A DNA stretch of 64,000 nucleotides from the NCBI GenBank assembly GCA_902802305.1, contig CADCLG010000020.1:10335-74334 (forward strand), given 5' to 3'. Of this stretch, positions 7,757-16,623 are shown in pieces. Under the pieces are notes generated by a model. That model did no database searches and was not told where the DNA came from. It saw nothing but the letters and a program-made list of their open reading frames with translations. How positions within the stretch are numbered: position 1 is the first letter of the stretch; the number at the start of each line of letters is the position of its first letter. Position numbers and translations under genes: made by a program. The DNA is from an uncultured Spirochaetaceae bacterium. GTDB taxonomy: Bacteria > Spirochaetota > Spirochaetia > Treponematales > Treponemataceae.

Positions 7757-8704
7757 TTATTTTCCTCGCAGGCGTTTGAAAAGGCGTTTAAGTAAGCCCA
7801 ACTTACCGAAAAGCAGCCAGTAGAAAAATCCCAGTGCAGCAATCAAAGGAATACCAAAAATTATGATGTAGCAGATTATCTTGAAGAAACCAATGAAGAA
7901 GTCAAGTACAGTAGATACAAATCTGCGGAAACCATCACCAAAATCTGGCATTACAAAACCATGATTTTCATCAGAACGGAAAGGAAGCTCATAATTTACA
8001 TAAATCTGGGAATAATCAATCTGCCCGGTAAGCCGCTTCATCCGGCCTTCCATCGATTCAATGTCGGAAATAACAGAATTAAGTTCCTTTTCAATCTGCA
8101 GCATGTCTTTAATATCCTTAGCCGATTCAAGATATTTTTGTAGCCTTTCCCTCATGATTTTTTTTGTTTCAAGACGGGTTTGCAAATCATAAAAAGATTC
8201 AGAAACATCCTGTGAAGAAACGTTCTTTGATTTTACACTTCCAAGATTTTCTGCTGAATCCATGGCCTCTTCAAAACTGCTGCTTGGGATTCTCACTGAC
8301 ATTGAACCATTTCGTTCATTCTGATTGTTTGATTCGATATAGCCGCCAAAAGAAGAACACCAGTTTTTAATTGAAGATTCCGCCTCCTGCAAAGATGAAA
8401 CTTCAAGCTGGATATAGCCATTCTTAATCAGTTTGCGTTCCATCTGGCTGGAACCATTTTCATTCAATCCGTTTGCAGAAGCAGGACTTTCCATTTCAAC
8501 ATCTTCTTCATAAGCAGCGTCTGAGTATACACCATCAACAGCAAAGGAATTAACTGCCATTTTTGAATTCATTTTTGCCCCACTGGCTTTACTCTCGGTC
8601 AAAAAAGCAACTTCCGGTGAAGCTTTGACATTCTTTGAAATATTTTTTGAACATGAAATAAGAGCCATTGATAATAAAGCGGCCAGTAAACATATTTTTT
8701 TCAT
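7757..8704 (-). CDS. DUF4349-domain lipoprotein
   Basis: Lipobox ALISC; RKLIKNG..FGGYIE..VRIP..DVSESFYD..coiled coil..IDYS; C-terminal TM helix. Confidence 0.85.
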   Translation of the reverse strand: MKKICLLAALLSMALISCSKNISKNVKASPEVAFLTESKASGAKMNSKMAVNSFAVDGVYSDAAYEEDVEMESPASANGLNENGSSQMERKLIKNGYIQLEVSSLQEAESSIKNWCSSFGGYIESNNQNERNGSMSVRIPSSSFEEAMDSAENLGSVKSKNVSSQDVSESFYDLQTRLETKKIMRERLQKYLESAKDIKDMLQIEKELNSVISDIESMEGRMKRLTGQIDYSQIYVNYELPFRSDENHGFVMPDFGDGFRRFVSTVLDFFIGFFKIICYIIIFGIPLIAALGFFYWLLFGKLGLLKRLFKRLRGK

Positions 8705-8775
8705 AAATAACCTCGCATAAACATAAAAATCAGCATGTAAATAAATTATAACACGCAGTTATACACTTTAAAAAC

Positions 8776-8823
8776 AAAAAATCCCGCTATGGTAACATAT
8801 AACTCACCAAAAGCGGGATTTTT
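8776..8823 (-). terminator. Intrinsic terminator after rpsO
   Basis: aaaaaatcccgct...agcgggattttt inverted repeat. Confidence 0.8.
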
Positions 8824-8860
8824 CCTGATGGTATTGAAAATCAACCACCGAAGGCACGAA

Positions 8861-9130
8861 CTACTTACGAAGTCCAAGTTCCTTAATGAATGCACGGTAT
8901 CCTTCAAGGTCTGTGCGTTCAAAATATTTAAGCATCTTGCGGCGCTGTCCTACTACTTTGAGTAATGAACGTTTTGCACAAGCATCCTTAGGAAATGTTT
9001 TTACATGGTCAGTCAACTGCTGAACACGCTGTGTAAGTAATGCAATCTGAACTTTTACACTACCAGTGTCTTTTTCAGAAGCACCATACTTCTTGATTGT
9101 TGAAGAAGTTGTTTCTTTTGTAAGTGCCAT
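8861..9130 (-). CDS. rpsO: 30S ribosomal protein S15
   Basis: DTGSVKVQIALLT, KVVGQRRKML and LGLRK motifs; 89 aa. Confidence 0.98.
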   Translation of the reverse strand: MALTKETTSSTIKKYGASEKDTGSVKVQIALLTQRVQQLTDHVKTFPKDACAKRSLLKVVGQRRKMLKYFERTDLEGYRAFIKELGLRK

Positions 9131-9304
9131 AATGGAACCCCTTAATAAATAAAATATTTTCCAGATGGAAAAATCCGCATAGGCGAAAAATCTTGTTGGT
9201 CAAATCCCGGGTTTCTGGGAAGTAATCGCAAAATAATTCGTAAACAGATGATAAAATCATATATTATATGAAAAAAAAAAACAAGCAGGGGTTCCGCATT
9301 ATAA

Positions 9305-10105
9305 TTAAAAATCAAGCTTATGGAAACTCTGCGTAGTATCAAAAATCACTTCATTTTCTGTGATTTCCATGCGTACATCCTCTTTCTGAGCGTCTTTTAA
9401 ATGATAAACACCAGACTTTGGAAGAACCTGAAGCACATGCTTTTTATCCAAAAGCATTTTTTTATTCTGAACAGAAAAGGCGTCTTCAGCAATATCCGAA
9501 AAATCCAGCTGATAAGGTCTTTCAAGCAGAGTCTGCACCGTAGAAAAATATCCTTTGATAATCATCTTCCTTATAAAGGATGAACTTACCCTTTCTTCTT
9601 CTGCGCCATTTTCAAAATAAACCGGTTCAACAAAATTATATTCAACTCCATTGCTTTGACAGAAATATTTTATTGCTTGAGAATCGGTCGCTCCTTTGTA
9701 ACCACACCTGAAATCAATTCCTTCAGCAAGAAACTTCATATTAAAAGTCTTTTTTAAGCACAAGAGAAAATCACTGCCAGAAGTCTGGGCAAAGGCATCA
9801 TTAAAATCAACGACAACAACAAAATCAATTCCCAGAGATTCAAAAATAGAAAGCCTCTGATTCAGCGTAGACAAATCGCCGTCATAATCTTGGGAATGTT
9901 TTATGCTTGGAAGTGGTCGGGAAAAAGTGATAATGCCTGATTTTAATTTTTTTTCCTTACAGGCAGAAATAAGAGTATTCAGCAGAGTTCTGTGACCAAG
10001 ATGGATTCCGTCAAAACTACCAACAGAAATTCCGCTTCCCTGCTCAAAATCAGGTAAAATCCCTTTCGAAGCCGCAGTTATTTTTTCCCATTCAAAAACT
10101 TTCAT
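9305..10105 (-). CDS. ribF: FAD synthetase (FMN adenylyltransferase domain; riboflavin-kinase domain degenerate)
   Basis: GSFDGIHLGH, GIDFRCG and VSSSFIR motifs; position upstream of rpsO; no GFPTAN motif in the short C-terminus. Confidence 0.88.
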   Translation of the reverse strand: MKVFEWEKITAASKGILPDFEQGSGISVGSFDGIHLGHRTLLNTLISACKEKKLKSGIITFSRPLPSIKHSQDYDGDLSTLNQRLSIFESLGIDFVVVVDFNDAFAQTSGSDFLLCLKKTFNMKFLAEGIDFRCGYKGATDSQAIKYFCQSNGVEYNFVEPVYFENGAEEERVSSSFIRKMIIKGYFSTVQTLLERPYQLDFSDIAEDAFSVQNKKMLLDKKHVLQVLPKSGVYHLKDAQKEDVRMEITENEVIFDTTQSFHKLDF

Positions 10106-10186
10106 AACTTTAATTATAATAGGAAATCAAAATTTGTCCATTGTTACCGTTTATAGTTACCGTTTATTGTTTTTCAAATAAAACAG

Positions 10187-10215
10187 TTGACTGCAAAAAT
10201 AAGTAAAGGTATCCT
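10187..10215 (+). promoter_or_regulatory. Sigma70-type promoter for the cyclase gene
   Basis: TTGACT-N17-TATCCT, followed by an AAGGAG RBS. Confidence 0.6.
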
Positions 10216-10239
10216 TAATTAAAAAGGAGATTCATAATA

Positions 10240-10929
10240 ATGCCTATCAATCAGCAGACTTCTAACCCACAAAAGCGACTTGCAAATCTTATGGCAGCCA
10301 GACTGGCACCAGGTTCTGATAAAGAAAAAGTTGATAAACGAATTTGGGATTCTTTTGGCGAAAAATGGTGCGTCATGTTTACTGATCTCAGCGGATTTTC
10401 CAGAAGTACAGAAAAATTTGGAATCATTCACTTCATGCAAATCATTTTTGAATCCGAACGTCTTATTCTTCCAATCATTGAAGATTTTGACGGCTTTTTA
10501 ATTAAAAGCGAAGGCGACAGTCTACTGGTCTTGTTCAAACGTCCTGAAAAAGCACTTTTGTGTTGCAAAAAAATCCATGAAGTTTTACACGAATACAATA
10601 AAACTAAGAGTGAAGAAGAAGCAATCTTATTTTGTGTAGGATTAGGCTATGGTGATATTTTAAATATCGGCTATGCGGATGTTTTTGGAGCCGAAGTAAA
10701 TGCAGCAAGCAAACTGGGAGAAGACACGGCAAAGGCCTGGGAAATTCTTGTTACCGAAAATGTAAAAAATGAATTCGAAAAGGTTTTAGAAAATAAAGCT
10801 TGCCTTTCAGAACCAAATATAAATGGAATTAAAAATTATTCCTTTAAGTTTAAACAAATCGATTTTGTACCACCCGGAGCAAAAAGCGCTTACAATGTTG
10901 AAATTACATCAATTACAAGGGGCTTGTAA
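10240..10929 (+). CDS. Stand-alone class III adenylate/guanylate cyclase domain protein
   Basis: VMFTDLSGFS, IKSEGDSLLVLF, VGLGYG and DVFGAEVNAASKL motifs. Confidence 0.88.
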   Translation: MPINQQTSNPQKRLANLMAARLAPGSDKEKVDKRIWDSFGEKWCVMFTDLSGFSRSTEKFGIIHFMQIIFESERLILPIIEDFDGFLIKSEGDSLLVLFKRPEKALLCCKKIHEVLHEYNKTKSEEEAILFCVGLGYGDILNIGYADVFGAEVNAASKLGEDTAKAWEILVTENVKNEFEKVLENKACLSEPNINGIKNYSFKFKQIDFVPPGAKSAYNVEITSITRGL

Positions 10930-11112
10930 TTGATATTTCCATGCACCAGTTTTGCCCTGCAAAACTGTGGACAAGCCTGGTAACAATTAAAGTTACTGTT
11001 CCAATGCAACGGGCTCGTAATCTTTATTTCCATGCACCAGTTTTGCCCTGCAAAACTGTGGACAAGCCTGGTAACAATTAAAGTTACAGTTCCAATGCAA
11101 CGGGCTTGTAAT
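10920..11112. repeat. 91-bp tandem duplication with internal hairpins
   Basis: tttccatgcaccagttttgccctgcaaaactgtggacaagcctggtaacaattaaagttac.gttccaatgcaacgggct.gtaat starts at 10936 and again at 11027; gggct(t/c)gtaat recurs at 10920, 11011 and 11102. Confidence 0.95.
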
Positions 11113-11183
11113 TATTCTTTAATAGGATTAAAATTATTAAATAATAATGAACATTTTAATATCTGCTTAGGAGAAAAAATAAA

Positions 11184-12206
11184 ATGGCAAAGAAAGACAT
11201 TGACTGGGGAAGTCTCCCTTTCGGGTACATGGAAACATCAAAAAGTTATGTTTCTAATTGGAAAGATGGTGAATGGGATGAAGGCAAATTAACTTCTGAC
11301 CACTCAATTACAATCAACGAATGTGCAGGCGTTTTACAATATGCACAGACATGTTTTGAAGGTCTAAAGGCATATACAACAGAACATGGTGATATCGTCA
11401 CATTCCGCCCTGATTTAAATGCAGACAGAATGGAAAGTTCTTGCAAGCGTCTTGAAATGCCTGTATTCCCAAAAGACCGCTTTATTGAAGCAGTTCTTCA
11501 GACAATTGAAGCAAACAAAGACTGGGTTCCTCCTTATGGAAGCGGTGCAACTCTTTACATCCGCCCTTACATGTTCGGTTCAAATCCAGTTATCGGTGTA
11601 AAACCAGCTGACGAATATCAGTTCCGTATTCTTGTTACTCCAGTTGGACCATATTTCAAAGGCGGTGTAAAACCAATTAAAGTACGTCTCAGCGACCTTG
11701 ACCGTGCCGCTCCTCATGGAACTGGTGATATCAAAGCTGGCTTAAACTATGCAATGAGTCTTTACAATATTGTAGACGCCCATAAAGCTGGATATGCAGA
11801 AAATATTTATCTTGACCCTGCAACTCACACTTATCTTGAAGAAACAGGTGGAGCAAACATCCTCTTAGTTACAAAGGACGGAAAACTTGTTACTCCAAAA
11901 TCTGATTCTATTCTTCCTTCTATTACAAGACGTTCAATTCTTTATGTTGCTAAAGAAATCCTAAAGATGGATGTTGAAGAACGCAGAATTAATAAAAATG
12001 AATTATCTGATTTTGCTGAATGCGGTTTATGTGGAACAGCAGCAGTTATTTCTCCTGTTGGACAGATTGATGACCACGGAAAATCAATTGTTTATAACGA
12101 AGGAAAGGATGAAATGGGTCCTGTTCTTAAGAAAGTTTATGATACTTTGACTGGTATTCAGATGGGCAGACTCCCTGCTCCAGAAGGCTGGATTTACACA
12201 ATCTAA
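11184..12206 (+). CDS. ilvE: Branched-chain amino acid aminotransferase
   Basis: LQYAQTCFEGLKAY, LYIRP, KAGLNY, EETGGANI, ILPSITRRS and CGTAAVISP motifs. Confidence 0.97.
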   Translation: MAKKDIDWGSLPFGYMETSKSYVSNWKDGEWDEGKLTSDHSITINECAGVLQYAQTCFEGLKAYTTEHGDIVTFRPDLNADRMESSCKRLEMPVFPKDRFIEAVLQTIEANKDWVPPYGSGATLYIRPYMFGSNPVIGVKPADEYQFRILVTPVGPYFKGGVKPIKVRLSDLDRAAPHGTGDIKAGLNYAMSLYNIVDAHKAGYAENIYLDPATHTYLEETGGANILLVTKDGKLVTPKSDSILPSITRRSILYVAKEILKMDVEERRINKNELSDFAECGLCGTAAVISPVGQIDDHGKSIVYNEGKDEMGPVLKKVYDTLTGIQMGRLPAPEGWIYTI

Positions 12207-12224
12207 TTTTTCATAAATAATCTT

Positions 12225-12266
12225 AAAAGAAAGGCTGTCTGATTTTCTCAGGCAGCCTTTTCTTTT
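12225..12266. terminator. Bidirectional intrinsic terminator
   Basis: aaaagaaaggctgtctga...tcaggcagccttttctttt between convergent genes. Confidence 0.85.
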
Positions 12267-12289
12267 ATTTAATTGCTTCTTTTAATTAC

Positions 12290-14419
12290 TTATTTAATCT
12301 TTCTTACAAATGCATCTTTATAACCAAAGGCCTTGAAGCGGGCAAGTACAGTTGCATATTCATCTACAGACAAAGGTCCAATCAGAATAATGTTTACAGT
12401 TCCTGCATCATTTGGTGAAATTGTTATAGGATAATTTTTACCATATTTATTTACAATTTCCATTATATTAGATTCGTCTCTCAAGGCTGCAATCTGAATG
12501 TAATAGTTACCAGACTTCAATTCAGACAGATTAGAAATCATATATTTTGAATATGGTTTTTCTGCCGGTTTTTCAGGTTCACTTTCTGCTTCTTTTACAA
12601 GCTCAGCTTCTGATGCATTTACCACAGGAAGAATTGGCTCAGGTTCAGTTTCTGGCTCTACTTCAACTTCTGCTTCAGGTTCAGTTACCTCAGGTTCTGC
12701 AACTTCAGGTTCAACTACAGGCTCTGGCTCTTCTGTAGTCTCTTCCGCAGAAGTAACGATAGCTTCTGATGACGAAACTTCTGCAACTGACTCTGGAGGA
12801 TTTTCCTCTGCCGGTACAAGAACAATAGCCTGGTATTCATCATATTCAGCTTCTTCTTCTTCTTCTGCTTCTTCTTCCTCTGGCTCTTCTTCTACAAACT
12901 CAACAGAATCGTCATCATACCAGTTTTCTTCAATGATTTCATCAATTGGTTCTTCTTCAATTGCTTCAGGCTCAATTAATTCTTCTTCAGCTTCCTCTTC
13001 AAGGCTTTCTTCCTCGATTGTTTCTTCTGGTTCAGAAGCCTCTTCCTCTGTTTCTTCACTGTCTTCAGTTTCTTCTTCGGCAACTTCTGTTTCTTCCTCT
13101 GTTTCAAGAGGATTTTCTTCGAGAGCTTCAACTTCTGTGTAATCTTCAAATACAGAATCATCTTCAAAGGCTTCTTCGATAACTTCTTCTTCAGGCTCTT
13201 CTACAATTTCTTCTTCAGATTCCTCTTCAAGCTCTTCCTCAGAAGGTAATTCATCAAAGTCATCAAAGTATTCTTCTGTAATATCTTCTTCAACAGATTC
13301 TTCTACAGTTTCTTCAGGCTCTTCTTCAAGGTCATCTTCAAAGGCTTCTTCTACAACTTCTTCACTTAAATCTTCATCTTCTTCAACAGATTCTTCAGCT
13401 TCTTCAACTGCTTCTTCAACCGGCTCTTCAACAATTTCTTCTTCAATAAACTCTTCTACAGCTTCGTCTACAGGTTCTTCAACAAGCTCTTCAGATTCAA
13501 CTTCTTCTTCAAAGTTTTCTTCTAAATCATCAAGCTCATCAAGATTTTCTTCAATTATTTCTTCAGCAGCTTCCTCTTCGTAATCGTCAAAAGCTTCTGT
13601 ATCATCAATGAATTCTTCTGCTTCAGGTTCTTCTTCGTAAACGTTTTCATTCTGAGCTTCTTCTGCAAAATCCTGATCATCAACAAAGGATTCTGATTCT
13701 ACAGGCTCTTCAAATTCTTCATAATCATCTTCAAATCGTTCAGAAGCAACAGGTTCTTCTTCCTCTTTTACTTCTTCTGCTCCTTCATTTTCACTTTCAT
13801 CTGGTGAAGCTTCTTCCTCATAATTAAATTCGTAATCATAATCACCGTAATCTTCAAAATCACCGTAATCAAAATCGTCTTCTTCATAGTCTTCATCCTG
13901 ACTTTCTGAAGCAGCCTCATTTTCAGTCTCTTCTATGGCTGGCTGAGAAGAATTCTCTTCTTCAAAAGAGAAATCTTCTTCTGATTCTGAATCAATAAAA
14001 GAGCTGTCATAATCATCATTAGAAAAGAACTGTTGAGCAATCACAGCAGAACCATAAACTCTTTCATCCTGATTAGAGCGTTTTGTAATTTTTACAATAT
14101 TATTTGATTTTCCGTCAATTCCAATAGCGGCAGCGGCTTCTGGAGACAACATAATGGCAACTCCTTCAGATGGATCTAAAGCGCCGATTACTAAAATATC
14201 AACAGTTTTATCTCCTGTAATATTTGTAACGCTAATCATATCACCAGGAAGATACCCGACTGTTTTTGCAAAAAGTCCTGCAGGGAAAACGCCAGGCTCA
14301 ACAACAACGGCTCTTCCATCCAGAGACGGACTGAAAGATGCTAAACAGAGACATCCTGTAACTACCGCAATAATTTTTGAAACAGTCTTAAAAAATTTAT
14401 TATTCATAATCCCACCCAT
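12290..14419 (-). CDS. Exported SPOR-domain protein with a very long Glu/Asp-rich linker
   Basis: Signal peptide; N-terminal beta domain (LPGDMISVTN..VDILVI..LSPEAAAAIGI); acidic low-complexity middle; C-terminal YYIQIAAL..ILIGPL..GYKDAFVR SPOR motif. Confidence 0.85.
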   Translation of the reverse strand: MGGIMNNKFFKTVSKIIAVVTGCLCLASFSPSLDGRAVVVEPGVFPAGLFAKTVGYLPGDMISVTNITGDKTVDILVIGALDPSEGVAIMLSPEAAAAIGIDGKSNNIVKITKRSNQDERVYGSAVIAQQFFSNDDYDSSFIDSESEEDFSFEEENSSQPAIEETENEAASESQDEDYEEDDFDYGDFEDYGDYDYEFNYEEEASPDESENEGAEEVKEEEEPVASERFEDDYEEFEEPVESESFVDDQDFAEEAQNENVYEEEPEAEEFIDDTEAFDDYEEEAAEEIIEENLDELDDLEENFEEEVESEELVEEPVDEAVEEFIEEEIVEEPVEEAVEEAEESVEEDEDLSEEVVEEAFEDDLEEEPEETVEESVEEDITEEYFDDFDELPSEEELEEESEEEIVEEPEEEVIEEAFEDDSVFEDYTEVEALEENPLETEEETEVAEEETEDSEETEEEASEPEETIEEESLEEEAEEELIEPEAIEEEPIDEIIEENWYDDDSVEFVEEEPEEEEAEEEEEAEYDEYQAIVLVPAEENPPESVAEVSSSEAIVTSAEETTEEPEPVVEPEVAEPEVTEPEAEVEVEPETEPEPILPVVNASEAELVKEAESEPEKPAEKPYSKYMISNLSELKSGNYYIQIAALRDESNIMEIVNKYGKNYPITISPNDAGTVNIILIGPLSVDEYATVLARFKAFGYKDAFVRKIK

Positions 14420-14421
14420 CC

Positions 14422-14916
14422 TTAGGCTTTAATTGCTTTTGTTATTTCCTTTACAAGATTTGCAGAAAGCATCTTCAAATCTTTTGTATCAGAATATTTA
14501 TTTTTTATAGTATTTTCTTTTATTGTTACCCCAGTTATGGCTGAAGCTAAAGTCCAGTCAACTTCTATCAAGTCACTTTTTTCAGAAGACTGAGCAGCAT
14601 TGTAATAAAGCTTAATCTGCAAAAAGTATTCAGATGAACCTTCATAAGCATCTCCAATTCCAGTATTAAAAAGATTTACATCCTGAAGACTGGAAGCAGA
14701 AACGGAAGCAGGTGAATTAGTTACGATAAATCCATTATCAAAAAAACCGTTCAGTAATTCATCTTCAACAACCATAGAAGATTCAAAAACTTTATCTGAC
14801 AATTCATCATGCTGCACAATTTGAAGGGTTATCTGTTTTGCAAAACAAAAACTTGCAGCAAAAAGAGTAATTGCTATTAAAATACTTCTTTTAAAATTCC
14901 CCATATATATCACCAC
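14422..14916 (-). CDS. Exported hypothetical protein
   Basis: Signal peptide (ILIAITLFAASFCFA); ends 2 bp before the SPOR gene start; real start may be the ATG at 14904. Confidence 0.75.
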   Translation of the reverse strand: MVIYMGNFKRSILIAITLFAASFCFAKQITLQIVQHDELSDKVFESSMVVEDELLNGFFDNGFIVTNSPASVSASSLQDVNLFNTGIGDAYEGSSEYFLQIKLYYNAAQSSEKSDLIEVDWTLASAITGVTIKENTIKNKYSDTKDLKMLSANLVKEITKAIKA

Positions 14917-15067
14917 TTATTACAAGGTCGTATACTTTTACATCGGTGATTAAATAATTAAGGTTTAGACTTTTTTATAATTATTTTGTTATTATCTCTC
15001 TGTTTGCGAAATTGAATTATATATGATAGAATATTCTGAATGGGGCAGCGTTTCGCTGTTTGGGGAA

Positions 15068-16594
15068 ATGGAAAAACGTATTTATATTATTGGTGCTGGC
15101 TTTGCAGGTCAGACAATTGCCGACGACATTAAACGAAAAAAAATATTCGGAAAAGTCAACGCTTTTTTAGACGATGACAAAGCTCTTATAGGAACTTCCA
15201 TCGATGGTATTCCAATTCTTGGACCGATTGACAGCGTAACTTCAATTTTAAACAATTCAGACAGTGATGAAGCTCTTATTGCAATTCCTTCTGCCCCAAC
15301 CGAAAGAATCCGTGAAATCTACGATATTCTCAGAAAAAATAATTTTAAGCATATAAAAATCCTTCCTGGAATAAGTCAGGTCATAAATGGAACAGCTCAT
15401 TTTGTTCAAACCCGCGAAATTGACCCCCTTGATATTCTGGGACGAACCCCCATTACAATCTCCTTAAAAGAAAGCCTTTCTTATCTTCGTGGAAAGCGCG
15501 TTTTTATTACTGGTGCAGGTGGTTCAATTGGTTCGGAACTTGCACGCCAGCTTTTATCGGGTGGTGCTGAACGTCTTTATCTTTTTGGTCACGGTGAAAA
15601 CTCAATCTGCCAGATTTTTAGGGAATTAAAAGTGCTTCAGGCAGAAGGAATTGGCGAAAAAGCAACGATAGTTCCGATTATCGGTGACATGAGAGACAGG
15701 GAGTATGTTGACTACATTATCAATAAAACCCGCTGCAACGTAATTTTCCACTGTGCCGCCTACAAGCATGTTCCTATGATGGAAGAAAATCAGGTTGCCG
15801 CAATCGAAAATAATGTCTTTGGAACTAAAAACCTTCTGGACGCAAGTATAAAACATAAGGTTGACAGATTTGTACTTATTTCTACAGATAAAGCTGTAAG
15901 TCCGGTAAGCGTGTATGGCCTTTCAAAAATGCTTTGCGAAAAAATGGTTCTGGATGCGGCAAAAAAAATAAGCCAAACTGATTCAGAAGATAAATCTCAA
16001 AATCAAGCTTTTATGTTTGTAAGATTTGGAAACGTACTGGGAAGCCGCGGTTCAATTCTTCCAATTTTTCAAAGTCAAATTAAAACAGGTGGTCCTGTAA
16101 CTGTAACCGACGAACGCATGGAAAGATTTTTCATGACAATTCCAGAAGCCTGTTCTCTGGTTTTGCAGACAGGAGGAGTTGGTCAGAACGGAAAATCTTA
16201 TCTTCTGGATATGGGAGAGCCGATTAAAATCCTGGATTTGGCCAAACAGATAATAAGATTTTCAGGATTAGAACCCTACAAGGATATTGATATTAAAATT
16301 GTCGGCTCTAGGAAGGGTGAAAGACTTGAAGAACCACTTTGGCTTAAAGAAGAAAATCCCTCACCTACTGCATATCCAAAGATTCTTCAACTGGAAAATA
16401 TCGAGTACAGTAAAAAAAGACTTGATTCGCTTTTGGAGCAGCTTTACCCGATTTGCTTTTACACACCAGCTCAGGCAGCAGATTTTAGAAACAAAGAAAA
16501 GCTGCTTAAGATTCTTTGCGATGACTGCAAGAGCTTAGACAATTTTTATAAAGAAATAGAAAATGACAATCAGCCGAGAACAGATTTGCTCTAG
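15068..16594 (+). CDS. CapD/PglF-like nucleotide-sugar 4,6-dehydratase (soluble form)
   Basis: IIGAGFAG, ITGAGGSIGSEL, FHCAAYKHVP, ISTDKAV, VRFGNVLGSRGS and GGPVTVTD motifs; ATG at 15068 preferred over 15023. Confidence 0.93.
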   Translation: MEKRIYIIGAGFAGQTIADDIKRKKIFGKVNAFLDDDKALIGTSIDGIPILGPIDSVTSILNNSDSDEALIAIPSAPTERIREIYDILRKNNFKHIKILPGISQVINGTAHFVQTREIDPLDILGRTPITISLKESLSYLRGKRVFITGAGGSIGSELARQLLSGGAERLYLFGHGENSICQIFRELKVLQAEGIGEKATIVPIIGDMRDREYVDYIINKTRCNVIFHCAAYKHVPMMEENQVAAIENNVFGTKNLLDASIKHKVDRFVLISTDKAVSPVSVYGLSKMLCEKMVLDAAKKISQTDSEDKSQNQAFMFVRFGNVLGSRGSILPIFQSQIKTGGPVTVTDERMERFFMTIPEACSLVLQTGGVGQNGKSYLLDMGEPIKILDLAKQIIRFSGLEPYKDIDIKIVGSRKGERLEEPLWLKEENPSPTAYPKILQLENIEYSKKRLDSLLEQLYPICFYTPAQAADFRNKEKLLKILCDDCKSLDNFYKEIENDNQPRTDLL

Positions 16595-16623
16595 GCTTGA
16601 TTTACAATAAAAAGGAAAAGATT

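Noticed and set aside
11032..11292. 86-aa ORF as an ilvE leader peptide
   Set aside because: Arises from the 91-bp repeat, overlaps ilvE out of frame, and has no Ile/Leu/Val run or attenuator
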